Positions 1 to 9,561 of a stretch of DNA of 64,000 nt are shown one piece after another; position 1 is the first letter of the stretch, and each line of letters starts with the position of its first letter. A program made the position numbers and the translations under genes. The stretch is from Deltaproteobacteria bacterium (GTDB lineage: Bacteria > Myxococcota > Kuafuiibacteriia > Kuafuiibacteriales > Kuafuiibacteriaceae): contig JAVJQW010000041.1 in NCBI GenBank assembly GCA_040218735.1, positions 1-64,000 on the forward strand, given 5' to 3'. The notes beneath the pieces are model-generated. The model was not told where the DNA came from and ran no database searches. It saw only the letters and a list, made by a program, of their open reading frames with translations.

Positions 1-543
1 ACACGTGCGAGGACGCACGCCATGGACCGTCAGCGTCCGAAGGCGAGTCCAAGCTCCAAAACTTCGAAACGGATGGCGTTCGTCGAGGAGATGGCCCGGA
101 CAGGGCCTTTGATTCCGTCAACCCCCAAAGAGAGAAAGAAGATTCTTCTGCAACTCAACTTGCGCGACCGGCGATTCCCCGCTGACCAGCCGGCGAACCT
201 CACCGGTCCATCGCAGCCCTCGACCGCCGCCGGCGCAATCATCCGACCTCAATCCAGTGGTCGCGTGACCGGGTCGAAGGCGGCGTGGATTACTCGCGTG
301 CGAGGCCGCGAAGATCCATCTCGGGGATGGCCGCGCCGCGAGCGCTGCCTGGGAAGTATTGCGGAGTGCCGCCGAGCATCGTGCGGATCCGACCGCCGTC
401 GTCCTGCCCACATGGAGCGCGGGCCGCACGGGCCGGCGGGGCACTCCAGCGTCGGCCGATGGTTCCAAGGTGCGTCGGGCGCGTCATGCCCCGCCAACGG
501 CCTTTCCTGCCGTGCCAGATCCGCTAAGTTAACGGCATTGCGG

Positions 544-1224
544 CTAGAGGTGCTCCAGCAGCGCCGCGACGTCCTGCATCGCCGCGCGCTCCGCGACGGG
601 ATCGTGGTGCTGGTTGCCGCGGTGGGTGAAGCCGTGCGCGGCGCCCTCGTGCACGACGACCTGCACGTCCGCTCGGCCGGCGAACGCGGATTCGATCTGC
701 TCCAGCGCTTCGCGCGGGACGACGGCGTCGTTGCCGCCGACGTGGTGGACCATCGGGCACGTCATGTCCGCGGCGCGGTCGAGGAAGTGCTGCATCCGGC
801 TGCCGTGCCAGGTGGCGACGCCGGCGAGGAGGCCGTCGGCGGCGGCGAGGAGCGCGAAGGGGCCACCGAAACAGATGCCGAGCATCGCGACGCGGCCGTG
901 GGTGCGCGGGTGGTTCGCCGTCCAGCGTAGCGTCGTGACGACGTCGCGGAAACACGCCTGCAAGTCGAGTTGCTGCATGCGCGCGAGGGCGCGCTGCGGA
1001 TCCGCGTAGGAGATGGGGCCGGCTTCCACCCGCCAGAACGGATCGAGCGCGACGATCACCGCACGCTCGGCGAGCTCTTGCATCTGGGCGACGACGTCGT
1101 CGGTGACGCCAAAGATCGAAGGCACCACGACGAGGCTCGGGAGCTCGCTCCCCTCGCCGGCGCAGATCGTGAGGGGGATGGCGCCGCCCTCGGTCTTCTT
1201 GGCGTAGGTGTCCGTCTTCACCAT
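544..1224 (-). CDS. Dienelactone hydrolase family protein
   Basis: 226 aa; nucleophile motif G-I-C-F-G-G, 'PSIFGV', Asp in 'GGNDAVV' and His in 'AAHGF' give the Cys-Asp-His triad of the DLH family. Confidence 0.9.
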   Translation of the reverse strand: MVKTDTYAKKTEGGAIPLTICAGEGSELPSLVVVPSIFGVTDDVVAQMQELAERAVIVALDPFWRVEAGPISYADPQRALARMQQLDLQACFRDVVTTLRWTANHPRTHGRVAMLGICFGGPFALLAAADGLLAGVATWHGSRMQHFLDRAADMTCPMVHHVGGNDAVVPREALEQIESAFAGRADVQVVVHEGAAHGFTHRGNQHHDPVAERAAMQDVAALLEHL

Positions 1225-1258
1225 CGCGGCGCGGTGTAGCGCGCGGGCACGGCGTCCG

Positions 1259-1987
1259 TCACGTGCCGCGTCGCTTCACCTGCGGCAATGACCAGATCGT
1301 CACGGTTGGCGTCCCGTTTCCGTACTCGAACACCGCCTTGAAACGCGGCGAGCCGGCGCTCTTGGCGTCGCGGATCGCCTCCAGATAGCTGGCGTCGTTC
1401 TCGGGGGAGTCACCCGCGATGACGCCGCTGTAGATGTGGGCACGCGGGCGCCCTTCGAGGTCGGAGAGGTCGACGGCGTCGTTGACGTCGTAGAGCCACA
1501 TGAGCGCGCGCTGAATCCGGTCGCCTTCGCGCGTCCCGTGCTGCGGGACGTAGACCGAGAACTTGCCTTCGCCTTCCTTCGCGAGGCGGTCGAGGATGTG
1601 GCGAGCCGTGAACGCTTCGCCTCCGATACCGTACTTGTCGTCCAGCGCGACCTCGTCGATCTCTGCGCGTTCGATCAGCTCGGGCTTCGGTAGCTCCAAC
1701 TTCTCGCCGACGCGCTGAAGCATGAGACCGAACGCCGTGGACGCGTCGAGCCTGCGCTGGCCATGTGCGCCGCCCGCGTTCGCCGCGCCGTACTTCGGTG
1801 TCAGCGCGGAGATTTCCGCGATGCGCGCCTCGTTCAGACCCACCGTGCGGCCGAGCGCCACCAGCTCCGAGGCCGACGAAGGGTGCTCCGCGGCCGCGCT
1901 CTTCAGGCGCGCGAGGACGCCGTTCTGTCCGTCCTCGTCCTTGATGCGGAGCAGCTCGCTGCGGTTCGGGATCGGCGTCGCGCGCAT
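1259..1987 (-). CDS. Hypothetical protein
   Basis: 242-aa ORF with normal globular composition and a GAGGAG RBS upstream; no recognisable family. Confidence 0.7.
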   Translation of the reverse strand: MRATPIPNRSELLRIKDEDGQNGVLARLKSAAAEHPSSASELVALGRTVGLNEARIAEISALTPKYGAANAGGAHGQRRLDASTAFGLMLQRVGEKLELPKPELIERAEIDEVALDDKYGIGGEAFTARHILDRLAKEGEGKFSVYVPQHGTREGDRIQRALMWLYDVNDAVDLSDLEGRPRAHIYSGVIAGDSPENDASYLEAIRDAKSAGSPRFKAVFEYGNGTPTVTIWSLPQVKRRGT

Positions 1988-2089
1988 GTCTCTCCTCGAA
2001 GTGCGAGCCTCGTGCCAGCGTCGGTCGGTGGCGTTGCGGCCGCGGTGACGGGTCGACCCGACACTTGCGTTGGCGGGCGCGGCCGACGA

Positions 2090-3622
2090 TCAGGAGGGGA
2101 GCCCGAAGAAGTCCCGGATGCGCGAGAGCAGCGCGGTCTCGGCCTCGCGGCGTGACTGCTCGGGTGTCGCGTCGCCGTCGTGCACGGCGTCGTCGAGTTG
2201 GCGGCGACGCTCTTCGAGGAGCTTCGCCATGCTCTCGGCGACGTCCGGCCGTTCGCGGATCACCGCCTCGAACGCGCCTTTGTCGAGCCGGAACCCCTCG
2301 ACGTCGGAGGTCGCCACGATGGTCGCCTGCCTCGGTTGGCCGGTCAGCAGTGACATCTCGCCGAGGATCTGCCCCGGCCCGAGCCGCGCGACTTCGCGCT
2401 CGAGTCCGCGGTCGGTCGTCACCCGCACGGACGTGTCACCCTCCAGGATGATGTAGAGCCAGTGCGCGGTCTCGCCCTGACGCGTGATGCGCTCGCCGCG
2501 TGTGAAGGGGGTGTAGACGAGGTCCTCCGCGAGGCGCTCCCGCTCGCCGTCGTCGAGGCTCGAGAACAGATCCACCGCGTGGATGGCGGCGAGGCGCATC
2601 TCGGTCGCGCGCGCACGTTGTTTCTGCGCGAGCTCCTCCGACTGCTCCGTGAGGAGCACGGACGCCGCGGGGATCGAAGGACGAATGCCGACGCGCGCGA
2701 GCGCGAAGAAGATCCGCGTCCGCACCACGCTCTCCACGCGCGGGGCGTGATCGATGTTCGTCACGAAGAAGCGCACGGCGTACGTCGCGTAGCTCTCGCG
2801 AATCTCCGTGAAGAGGCAGTCCGGCTCGGGGTTCTTCGCGACGTCGTCGATTTGCGCGGTACGGAGCGAGCGCTCGACGGCCTCGACGACGTCGGAGGGT
2901 TGGTGCGAGAAGTCGACGTTGAAGTACACCCACCGCCGCCACTTCGTCGCCTGCCCCAAACGCCGCCCGAGCACGAGCACCCGCTCCTTGGTCATCACGG
3001 AGTTCGGGACGACGAGGGTCTCCCAGTCGCGGGTCTCGATCGACGTGTAGCGCCAGCGCATCTCGGTCACGCGGCCTTCGAGATCTTGCACGCTCACCCA
3101 GTCGCCGAGTCGGATCGAGTCGTCGACCTGGAGCGCGAGCCCCGCGAAGACGTTGCCGAGCGTGTCCTGCAGGCCGAAGCCGAGGACCACCGTGACCACC
3201 GCCGACGTCGCGAGGAGGCCCTGCACGTTGAAGCCGAAGTGCGAGGCCACCGCGAGCGCAGCGAAGGACGCGGTGAGGAGGAGCAAGATGTCTTGCATGA
3301 TCCGCGGCGCGCGAATCTTGAGCCGCGGAAGGATGACGAGGAACGTCATCTTGCCGAGCAGGAACACCCCCGCGATGACGCCGCAGAGCACTGCGGCGAG
3401 GCGGATCGCCTCTGCGTCCTGCGCCATGCCCTGGGAGCGGAGCACCGCCGCGATGACCACGCCGACGACGTGGAGCAGCACCAGCGCGGCGATCGAGCGT
3501 CGGCGTCGGCCCTGCTCGGGCGCGGCGAGCCGGAGGATGGGGAGCGTCACGACCAGCGCGGGGAGGAGCACCAGCGTGAAGCTGGAGAGGGCCTCCGAGA
3601 AGATGTGCGCCCACAGGCTCAC
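2090..3622 (-). CDS. MscS mechanosensitive channel with C-terminal cyclic-nucleotide-binding domain
   Basis: N-terminal TM helices, MscS signature 'GFGLQDTLGNVFAGL..IRLGDWV', cNMP motif 'GEMSLLTGQPRQATIVA'. Start moved to GTG at 3622 because the called start (3814) overlaps the divergent gene. Confidence 0.9.
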   Translation of the reverse strand: MSLWAHIFSEALSSFTLVLLPALVVTLPILRLAAPEQGRRRRSIAALVLLHVVGVVIAAVLRSQGMAQDAEAIRLAAVLCGVIAGVFLLGKMTFLVILPRLKIRAPRIMQDILLLLTASFAALAVASHFGFNVQGLLATSAVVTVVLGFGLQDTLGNVFAGLALQVDDSIRLGDWVSVQDLEGRVTEMRWRYTSIETRDWETLVVPNSVMTKERVLVLGRRLGQATKWRRWVYFNVDFSHQPSDVVEAVERSLRTAQIDDVAKNPEPDCLFTEIRESYATYAVRFFVTNIDHAPRVESVVRTRIFFALARVGIRPSIPAASVLLTEQSEELAQKQRARATEMRLAAIHAVDLFSSLDDGERERLAEDLVYTPFTRGERITRQGETAHWLYIILEGDTSVRVTTDRGLEREVARLGPGQILGEMSLLTGQPRQATIVATSDVEGFRLDKGAFEAVIRERPDVAESMAKLLEERRRQLDDAVHDGDATPEQSRREAETALLSRIRDFFGLPS

Positions 3623-3707
3623 GACGACGGAGGGAGCGTACGGTCTTTCGGCCGACCTGTCCGATTCTTGGCGAGCAGCTGCGGAAATTCCCGGGCAGGC
3701 TCGAATC

Positions 3708-4292
3708 GTGAAGCACTCCGTCCTGATCGCCGCGATCTTCGTCCCCTTCTTCGCCCCCGATGCCGAGGCCGGCCTCCGCTGCGGCTCGGACGTCGTCTCG
3801 CTCGGCAGCAGCACCTACCAGGTCAAAGTGCGCTGCGGCGCCCCCTACCACGTCGACACCACCGTCGAAGCGCGCACCACGCGCCGCTTCGTGCCCCGCA
3901 TCGGCTACGTCGAAAACCGCGTGACCGTCCCCGTCGAGCGCTGGACGTACGTGCGCTCCGAGAACGAGCTGGTCCGTACGCTCGTCTTCGAAAACGGCCA
4001 GCTGATCTCCGTGAAGACCGAGGGCCGCCCGCCGGACGGCGAGGGGAGCCTCGAGCAGTGCAAGCGCGCCATCCACTCCACGGGTGACACGCTCGCCGAG
4101 GTCCTCCTGAGGTGCGGTCCGCCGACCGACGCGCGGCGGTGGTACGAGGAGGTCGCGGTCGGGAACAGGAACTTCGAGCGCCGCGAGCTCGTGCCCCACG
4201 AACGTTGGATCTACGACCTCGGCGACAATCGGCTGCTGCGCGTGCTGACGTTCGAGCGCGGTCGGTTGGTGCGCCAGGAGAGCGCGCGTTAA
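3708..4292 (+). CDS. Secreted protein with two DUF2845-like domains
   Basis: GTG start, signal peptide (MKHSVLIAAIFVPFFAPDAEA), two copies of 'C...VS.G.....V..RCG.P...E.W.Y...L.FE.G.L'. Confidence 0.75.
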   Translation: MKHSVLIAAIFVPFFAPDAEAGLRCGSDVVSLGSSTYQVKVRCGAPYHVDTTVEARTTRRFVPRIGYVENRVTVPVERWTYVRSENELVRTLVFENGQLISVKTEGRPPDGEGSLEQCKRAIHSTGDTLAEVLLRCGPPTDARRWYEEVAVGNRNFERRELVPHERWIYDLGDNRLLRVLTFERGRLVRQESAR

Positions 4293-5356
4293 CGAGCGCG
4301 TTCGAGCGCCTGGTGCGCGCGCTCCGCGGTCTCTCCGTCGGGGTCGAAGTCGAACACACTCATGAGGTGCTGGTACGCCGAAACGCGTTGGCCCTGCGCG
4401 AGGCGGACGAGGCCCAGCACTAGGTAGACACGCGCCTGGTCGACCTCCCGCCCCGAGTGGCCGAGGATCTTCCGGAGGAGGTCGGCGGCGGCGATGTACT
4501 CGTCGGCGTCCGCGAGCCACTCGGCGATCTTGAGCGCGGCCTCGGGGTGGTCCGACGCGAGTTGGATTGGGCCGAGCCGCCGGTACTCCGCGAAGGCGGT
4601 CTCGCGGTCGTTGCGGACCACGGCGTCGATGACGGCGTCTTCGGATTCCACGACGCGCACGCGCGGCTTCACGCGCACGGTCTGGGTCTTCTTGATCCGA
4701 GGTTTGCGGTTGAACTGCTTCGTCGCGAGCCCGCGCTCCGCGATCCATGCGACGGCGGCGCCCGCGAGGAACCCGCCGAAGTGCGCGCCGTACGCCACGT
4801 TGCTCTGTGCGTTGAACAACAGTGGGATCAGGTTCTGCACGACGATGTAGAAGCCGAGCACCCAGCGCGCGGGCACCGTGAAGACGCGCAGGAAGATGAT
4901 GAACAGGAACATCAGCCGCACGTGGTTGCGCGGGAAGAACACGAAGTACGCGCCGAGCACGCCGGAGATCGCGCCGGAAGCGCCGACGAGCGGCGTGGTG
5001 GAGGTCCCCGAGAGCAGCGAGAAGAACAGCGTCCCCGCGACACCGGTCGCGAGGTAGACGAGCAGGTAGGTGACGCGGCCGAGCCGGTGCTCGACGTTGT
5101 CGCCGAAGATCCACAGGAACAGCATGTTCCCGGCGAGGTGCATGAACCCGCCGTGCAGGAACATGGACGTGAACAGCGTGAGCACGCTGGGGCGCGCGCT
5201 CACGTAGCCGAAGTTCTCGACGACGGCTTGGTAGGTTTCGGGGGAAACGGGGAGGGCGACGAGGAGGAAGACCGCGACGTTCGCCGCGATCAGCCCCCAC
5301 GTCACCAGCGGTCGATATCCGGGCGGATTCGGAAAGTCTCCGATCGGAAGGAACAC
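4289..5356 (-). CDS. Rhomboid family intramembrane serine protease with C-terminal TPR-like domain
   Basis: 'SMFLHGGFMHLAGNM', catalytic 'GASGAISG', 'AYGAHFGGF'; helical TPR-like tail. Confidence 0.92.
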   Translation of the reverse strand: MFLPIGDFPNPPGYRPLVTWGLIAANVAVFLLVALPVSPETYQAVVENFGYVSARPSVLTLFTSMFLHGGFMHLAGNMLFLWIFGDNVEHRLGRVTYLLVYLATGVAGTLFFSLLSGTSTTPLVGASGAISGVLGAYFVFFPRNHVRLMFLFIIFLRVFTVPARWVLGFYIVVQNLIPLLFNAQSNVAYGAHFGGFLAGAAVAWIAERGLATKQFNRKPRIKKTQTVRVKPRVRVVESEDAVIDAVVRNDRETAFAEYRRLGPIQLASDHPEAALKIAEWLADADEYIAAADLLRKILGHSGREVDQARVYLVLGLVRLAQGQRVSAYQHLMSVFDFDPDGETAERAHQALERAR

Positions 5357-5381
5357 GTCAGGACTTGGGTACCATGGGCGG

Positions 5382-5717
5382 TCAGGAGACCGACACCGGA
5401 ACCGTCACGGTCTGCTTCTTCATCTTCGGGATGTGTACGGTCAGCACGCCGTGCTCGAGCTTGGCTTCGAGCGCGGAGGTGTCGACGGTCGGCCCGAGAC
5501 GGAACGTGCGGCGGTAGCGCAGCGCGGAGCCGTTCTCACCGCGAGTGGCCTGCACGGAGAGGTTGCCCTCTTCGATCTGCACGTCGACGGCGTCCTTCTT
5601 CACACCCGGGAGGTCGAGCGCGAGCAGGTACTCGGCTTCACCCTCGAAGATGTCCGCGGACGGGGTGGCCCAGGCGATGTCCTGGTTCGGGGTCGTGGTG
5701 GTCGTCAGCTCGTTCAT
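5382..5717 (-). CDS. Hsp20/alpha-crystallin small heat shock protein
   Basis: 'DLPGVKKDAVDV', 'YRRTFRL', 'AKLEHGVLTVHIPK', terminal VPV (IXI-type) motif. Confidence 0.93.
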   Translation of the reverse strand: MNELTTTTTPNQDIAWATPSADIFEGEAEYLLALDLPGVKKDAVDVQIEEGNLSVQATRGENGSALRYRRTFRLGPTVDTSALEAKLEHGVLTVHIPKMKKQTVTVPVSVS

Positions 5718-5742
5718 CTCTTCGCTCTCCTTTCTTCGTTGT

Positions 5743-6168
5743 TCAGGCGCTCTGGATGGTGATCTGCCGCGGCTTGGCCTCGGCGCGCTTCGGGAGCGTC
5801 AGCGTGAGGACGCCGTCGTCGAGCTTGGCCTCGGCGCCGTCGGCGTCGATGCGGTCGCCCAGCGCGTAGGAGCGCTCGAAGGCGAGGCGGCTGCGCTCGG
5901 AGCGGCGGACCTCGTAACCCTCGGGGGGCTCGACGTTGCGCTGCCCGCGGACGATCAGGACGCCGTCCTCGATCGTGACGTTCAGATCCTCGGCGCGGAC
6001 GCCGGGCAGGTCACCGGTCAGCGTGTAGGCGTCGTCGGTCTCGTTCAGCGAGAAGCGCGGGCCCGACTCGAAGGAACCCGCGAAGCTGAAGGGGTCTCGG
6101 GCGTCGAAGAACGCGTTGAAAAGGGAAAGGGGGCTCGTGAAAGTTTGCGGTCGATAACGGGTCAGCAT
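5743..6168 (-). CDS. Hsp20/alpha-crystallin small heat shock protein
   Basis: ATG at 6168 preceded by GAGGAGG; 'DLPGV', 'FERSYAL', 'AKLDDGVLTLTLPK', 'RQITI'. Confidence 0.93.
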   Translation of the reverse strand: MLTRYRPQTFTSPLSLFNAFFDARDPFSFAGSFESGPRFSLNETDDAYTLTGDLPGVRAEDLNVTIEDGVLIVRGQRNVEPPEGYEVRRSERSRLAFERSYALGDRIDADGAEAKLDDGVLTLTLPKRAEAKPRQITIQSA

Positions 6169-6255
6169 TTTAGGCTTCCTCCTCGTAAAATATCTTCGCC
6201 GGGAGAGGCTCGGCTCCCTCCGACACCCCGCGTACAAAACACGGCCCAAGGGGCG

Positions 6256-7449
6256 TCAAGCGTTCGTGCGACGTCGGTACTGGCGGCCGATGGAGACCGC
6301 GGCCGCGATCCACAGCAGGACCAGCAGAGCGGTCCCTAGGCCCACGTAGGGCTGCAGCGCGAGGGCCACGAGGAGGAGGAGGGTGACGGACGCGGCGCCC
6401 TTGGCGACCCGGTAGGTGAGCATGTCGACCACCGCTTTTCCGCTCGTCTTTTCGGAATAATCCAGCGGGATGTAGAGCATCTCTTTGGCCGCACGAAAGA
6501 GGGAATAATCGAGGCACTTGCTCAAAACCTTGGCGACGGCCAGCGCGATGAACTGAGGCGCGATCAGGTACACGCCGAGAGCGCTCCCGAGCAGGGACGG
6601 GATGAGGATCAGCGTGAGCGCGACGCCGAGGAGCTTGAGCACCGGCCCGGTGAAGAGCTGCAGCGCGACCGCCGAGATGTTGATGATCGAGTTCACGCGC
6701 GAGAACACCGCGGTGAGCTCGTCCTGGTCCGGGTACGCGGCGGTGGCGGCGCCGGTGTAGAGGAAGTCGATCAGCGTGATGACGAGCTGCACCGTCCCGA
6801 TCAGGAGGAGCATCGTGAGCAGGTAACGCGAGCCGCGCACCGTCTCGAGGCCGGAGAGGAACGAGGGGCGTCTCTCGGTCTTCTTCGGCGCCGCGTACTG
6901 GTCGCTCTTCACGAACCCGACGACGACCGCGACGACGAAGAGCACAGGGGCCAACGACCACAGGGTGGTCTCGGTGCCGACGCCCTCGGCGATGCGCTTG
7001 CTGATCTCGGCGCCCACCGCGCCGCCGAGGGAGCCCATGGCGCAGAACAGGCCGTAGATCCACTTTGCGGTCTTCAGGTCGAAGACCACGTTGGCGTAGC
7101 TCCAGAAGATCTCGATGAGCACCACGATGTAGACGTCCTTGAAGACGTAGAGCGCAAACGTGGTGCCGGGGAAGTCGAGTGTGCGCGCGCCGAGGAGCGC
7201 GACGAGTGTGACGCCGAAGATCCCGGCGGCGATCGCGAGGAGCCTCAGCAGGTGCGTCGCGTGGACGAAGCGGCTGTAGATCGAGACGACGACGAGGGAC
7301 GCGAGGGCGACGCCGAGCCATGCGTAGGGGAGGGCGTCGCGGCCGTAGGTCTTCACGTAGACGGCGTCGGCGCCGGAGCGGATCAGCTCGTAGCTGCCGA
7401 TGAGGACGAACGCGAGGAGCGCGAGGAGGACGACGCGCAGGTGCTTCAC
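6256..7449 (-). CDS. TLC/NTT-like (ATP/ADP translocase family) MFS nucleotide transporter
   Basis: About 12 TM helices; motifs 'FWSYANVVF..AKWIY' and 'DYSLFRAAKEMLYIPL..K..GKAVVD' typical of Npt/TLC carriers. GTG start overlaps the folA stop (GTGA). Confidence 0.8.
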   Translation of the reverse strand: MKHLRVVLLALLAFVLIGSYELIRSGADAVYVKTYGRDALPYAWLGVALASLVVVSIYSRFVHATHLLRLLAIAAGIFGVTLVALLGARTLDFPGTTFALYVFKDVYIVVLIEIFWSYANVVFDLKTAKWIYGLFCAMGSLGGAVGAEISKRIAEGVGTETTLWSLAPVLFVVAVVVGFVKSDQYAAPKKTERRPSFLSGLETVRGSRYLLTMLLLIGTVQLVITLIDFLYTGAATAAYPDQDELTAVFSRVNSIINISAVALQLFTGPVLKLLGVALTLILIPSLLGSALGVYLIAPQFIALAVAKVLSKCLDYSLFRAAKEMLYIPLDYSEKTSGKAVVDMLTYRVAKGAASVTLLLLVALALQPYVGLGTALLVLLWIAAAVSIGRQYRRRTNA

Positions 7450-7928
7450 TTCGGCGACCTCCGCACGAAGGTCTGTATCTCGAGGCGCGGGTCGGCGGGG
7501 AGCGGCGTGCGTGCGGAGCCGACCCACTCATCGGGATCGATCTCGGGGAAGCGCGCGACGACTTCGCCGTCGGGATCGTCGGGGACGTAGGTGAGATCGA
7601 TCCGATCCGCGAACGGGAGCGCGTCGACGAAGATGCGTTCGCCGCCGATGACCCAGACGTCGCCGGTCGCCGCGTCGAGGGCGCCGCGGACGCTGCCGAA
7701 GGTCCGCACGTGGTTGTACTGGCGCAGCGTGACGACGAAGTTCTCGCGTCCGTCGAGCGGGCGCCCGATCGCTTCGAAGGTGCGGCGACCCATCACGACG
7801 GTGGATCCGAGCGTGGTGGCGCGGAAGTGCTTCAGATCCTGCGGGTAGTGCCAGGGCGTTTGCCCGTCGACCGCGATGACGCGCGACGGCGACACGGCCG
7901 CGACGAGGCCGACGAACCCCTTGCGCAC
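7446..7928 (-). CDS. folA: Dihydrofolate reductase
   Basis: 'PWHYPQDLKHFRATT', 'VVMGRRTFEAI.RPL.GRENFV', 'VWVIGG', 'IDLTYV', 'FP'. Confidence 0.93.
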   Translation of the reverse strand: MRKGFVGLVAAVSPSRVIAVDGQTPWHYPQDLKHFRATTLGSTVVMGRRTFEAIGRPLDGRENFVVTLRQYNHVRTFGSVRGALDAATGDVWVIGGERIFVDALPFADRIDLTYVPDDPDGEVVARFPEIDPDEWVGSARTPLPADPRLEIQTFVRRSPK

Positions 7929-7984
7929 GCGCGCTTCGTAGCGCGCCGGGTGCGAGCCGCCAAGCCCCGTGGTATCGCTCTTCG

Positions 7985-9559
7985 GTGCACGAGCGGTTCA
8001 ATGCGGAGGAGCGCGCGGTCCTCGAGCGGTACGTGACGAACGTCGACGGATCGGTGTTCGTCCTCAAGAACCTGCCGGAGGTGGTGAAGGGCGCGTTGTT
8101 CGCGCGGTACTCGCGCTCGGCGAAGTCCCTCAAGCGGCTGCTGCTCGACGAGTTCCTCGAAAAGGACGCCGGTGAGACGCAGGAGGTCGCGGCGGGCGCG
8201 GCGCGCGGCGAGAAGCTCTACGACAAGGTCTTCATCGAGTACGGCGACGACTCGGTCGCGCAGCTCGGCGGCGTGCACATCGCGTGTGAGGGTGCGTCGA
8301 ACATCCTCACGAAGGTGCTGGAGTGGGGGCGGCTCGCGGCCTACCTCGAGCAATCCACGCGCTACGTTCCGTACACGGATCGGCCCGACGGGCGTTGGAA
8401 GTACCACGTGCCGGCGGAGCTGTCGGGCGCGCTGCGCGAGCAGTACGTCGCGGCGATGGACGAGGCGTTCGAGACGTACGCGCGCTTGATCGAGCCGCTG
8501 TCGGAGCACTTCGCGCGCGAGAATCCGAAGCCGGAGGGCGGCTCGGAGCGCGCGTACAAGAACTCCATTCGAGCGAAGGCGCTCGACGCGCTCCGCGGGT
8601 TGTTGCCGGCGTCGACGCAGTCGAACGTCGGCATCTACGCGACGGGGCAGGCCTACGAGATGATGCTCCTGAGGATGCGCGCCGCGCCCGAGCAGGAGGT
8701 GCGCGACTACGCGGACGCGATGCTCGTCGAGCTGCGGAAAGTCATCCCGGCGTTCATGAAACGCGTGGACCAGGAGAACCGCGGCGTGGTGTGGACGGAC
8801 TACCTGTCGTCGACGCGGGACGCTGTGGCGCGGGTGACGAACGAGGTCGTGACCGCGGAGGCGGCCGACGTCGCGGAGGTCGAGCTGACGGAGTTCGATC
8901 CGGACGGTGAGGTGAAGGTCGTGGCGGCGGCGCTCTACGCGACGTCCCGTCTGCCGGATCGGCAGCTGTTGGAGATCGCGCGGGCGATGTCACGCGAGGA
9001 GCGCGAGCGGGTGTTGGTCGCGTACGTCGGCGAGCGCAAGAACCGGCGCCACAAGCCGGGGCGTGCGTTCGAGCGGACGCACTACCGGTTCGACGTGCTG
9101 TCGGACTACGGCGCGTTCCGCGATCTGCAGCGGCACCGGTTGCTGTCGCTGGAGTGGCAGCCGCTGTGTCCGCATCACGGGTACGTGATGGGCGAGTCGG
9201 TCGCTGCGGCGGGTGCCGAGGCGGACTTCGTCCGTGTCATGCGGAACACGAAGGCGGCGTACGAGGCGATCGCGGACGCGGGCCTTTCGCACGTCGCGCC
9301 GTACGCGGTGCCGATGGCGTACCGCGTGCGTTACTACCTGCACATGAACGCGCGCGAGGCGATGCACATGCTGGAGCTGCGCACCGCGCCGCAGGGCCAC
9401 GCGTCGTACCGGCGTGTGTGCCAGGCGATGCACCGCCTCCTGATCGACGAGGCGAAGCACGAAGCGTTGGCCGGGGCGATGAAGTACGTGAACCACGAAG
9501 CCGTCGCGCTGGAGCGGCTGGCGGCGGAGGAAGCGGCGGAGAAGCGGCGACAGGGCTGA
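7985..9559 (+). CDS. thyX: FAD-dependent thymidylate synthase, two-domain form
   Basis: 524 aa; 'ALFARYSRS', 'YGDDSVAQL', 'EQSTRY' in the first domain and 'RDLQRHR' plus 'HMLELRT' in the second. Confidence 0.9.
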   Translation: MHERFNAEERAVLERYVTNVDGSVFVLKNLPEVVKGALFARYSRSAKSLKRLLLDEFLEKDAGETQEVAAGAARGEKLYDKVFIEYGDDSVAQLGGVHIACEGASNILTKVLEWGRLAAYLEQSTRYVPYTDRPDGRWKYHVPAELSGALREQYVAAMDEAFETYARLIEPLSEHFARENPKPEGGSERAYKNSIRAKALDALRGLLPASTQSNVGIYATGQAYEMMLLRMRAAPEQEVRDYADAMLVELRKVIPAFMKRVDQENRGVVWTDYLSSTRDAVARVTNEVVTAEAADVAEVELTEFDPDGEVKVVAAALYATSRLPDRQLLEIARAMSREERERVLVAYVGERKNRRHKPGRAFERTHYRFDVLSDYGAFRDLQRHRLLSLEWQPLCPHHGYVMGESVAAAGAEADFVRVMRNTKAAYEAIADAGLSHVAPYAVPMAYRVRYYLHMNAREAMHMLELRTAPQGHASYRRVCQAMHRLLIDEAKHEALAGAMKYVNHEAVALERLAAEEAAEKRRQG

Positions 9560-9561
9560 GG

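Noticed and set aside
1-540. ORF 22-930 and other short ORFs at the left edge
   Set aside because: They overlap the DLH gene in antisense or have no coding signature. The region is probably regulatory DNA for a gene leaving the window (minus-strand ATG at 23) and cannot be resolved here.
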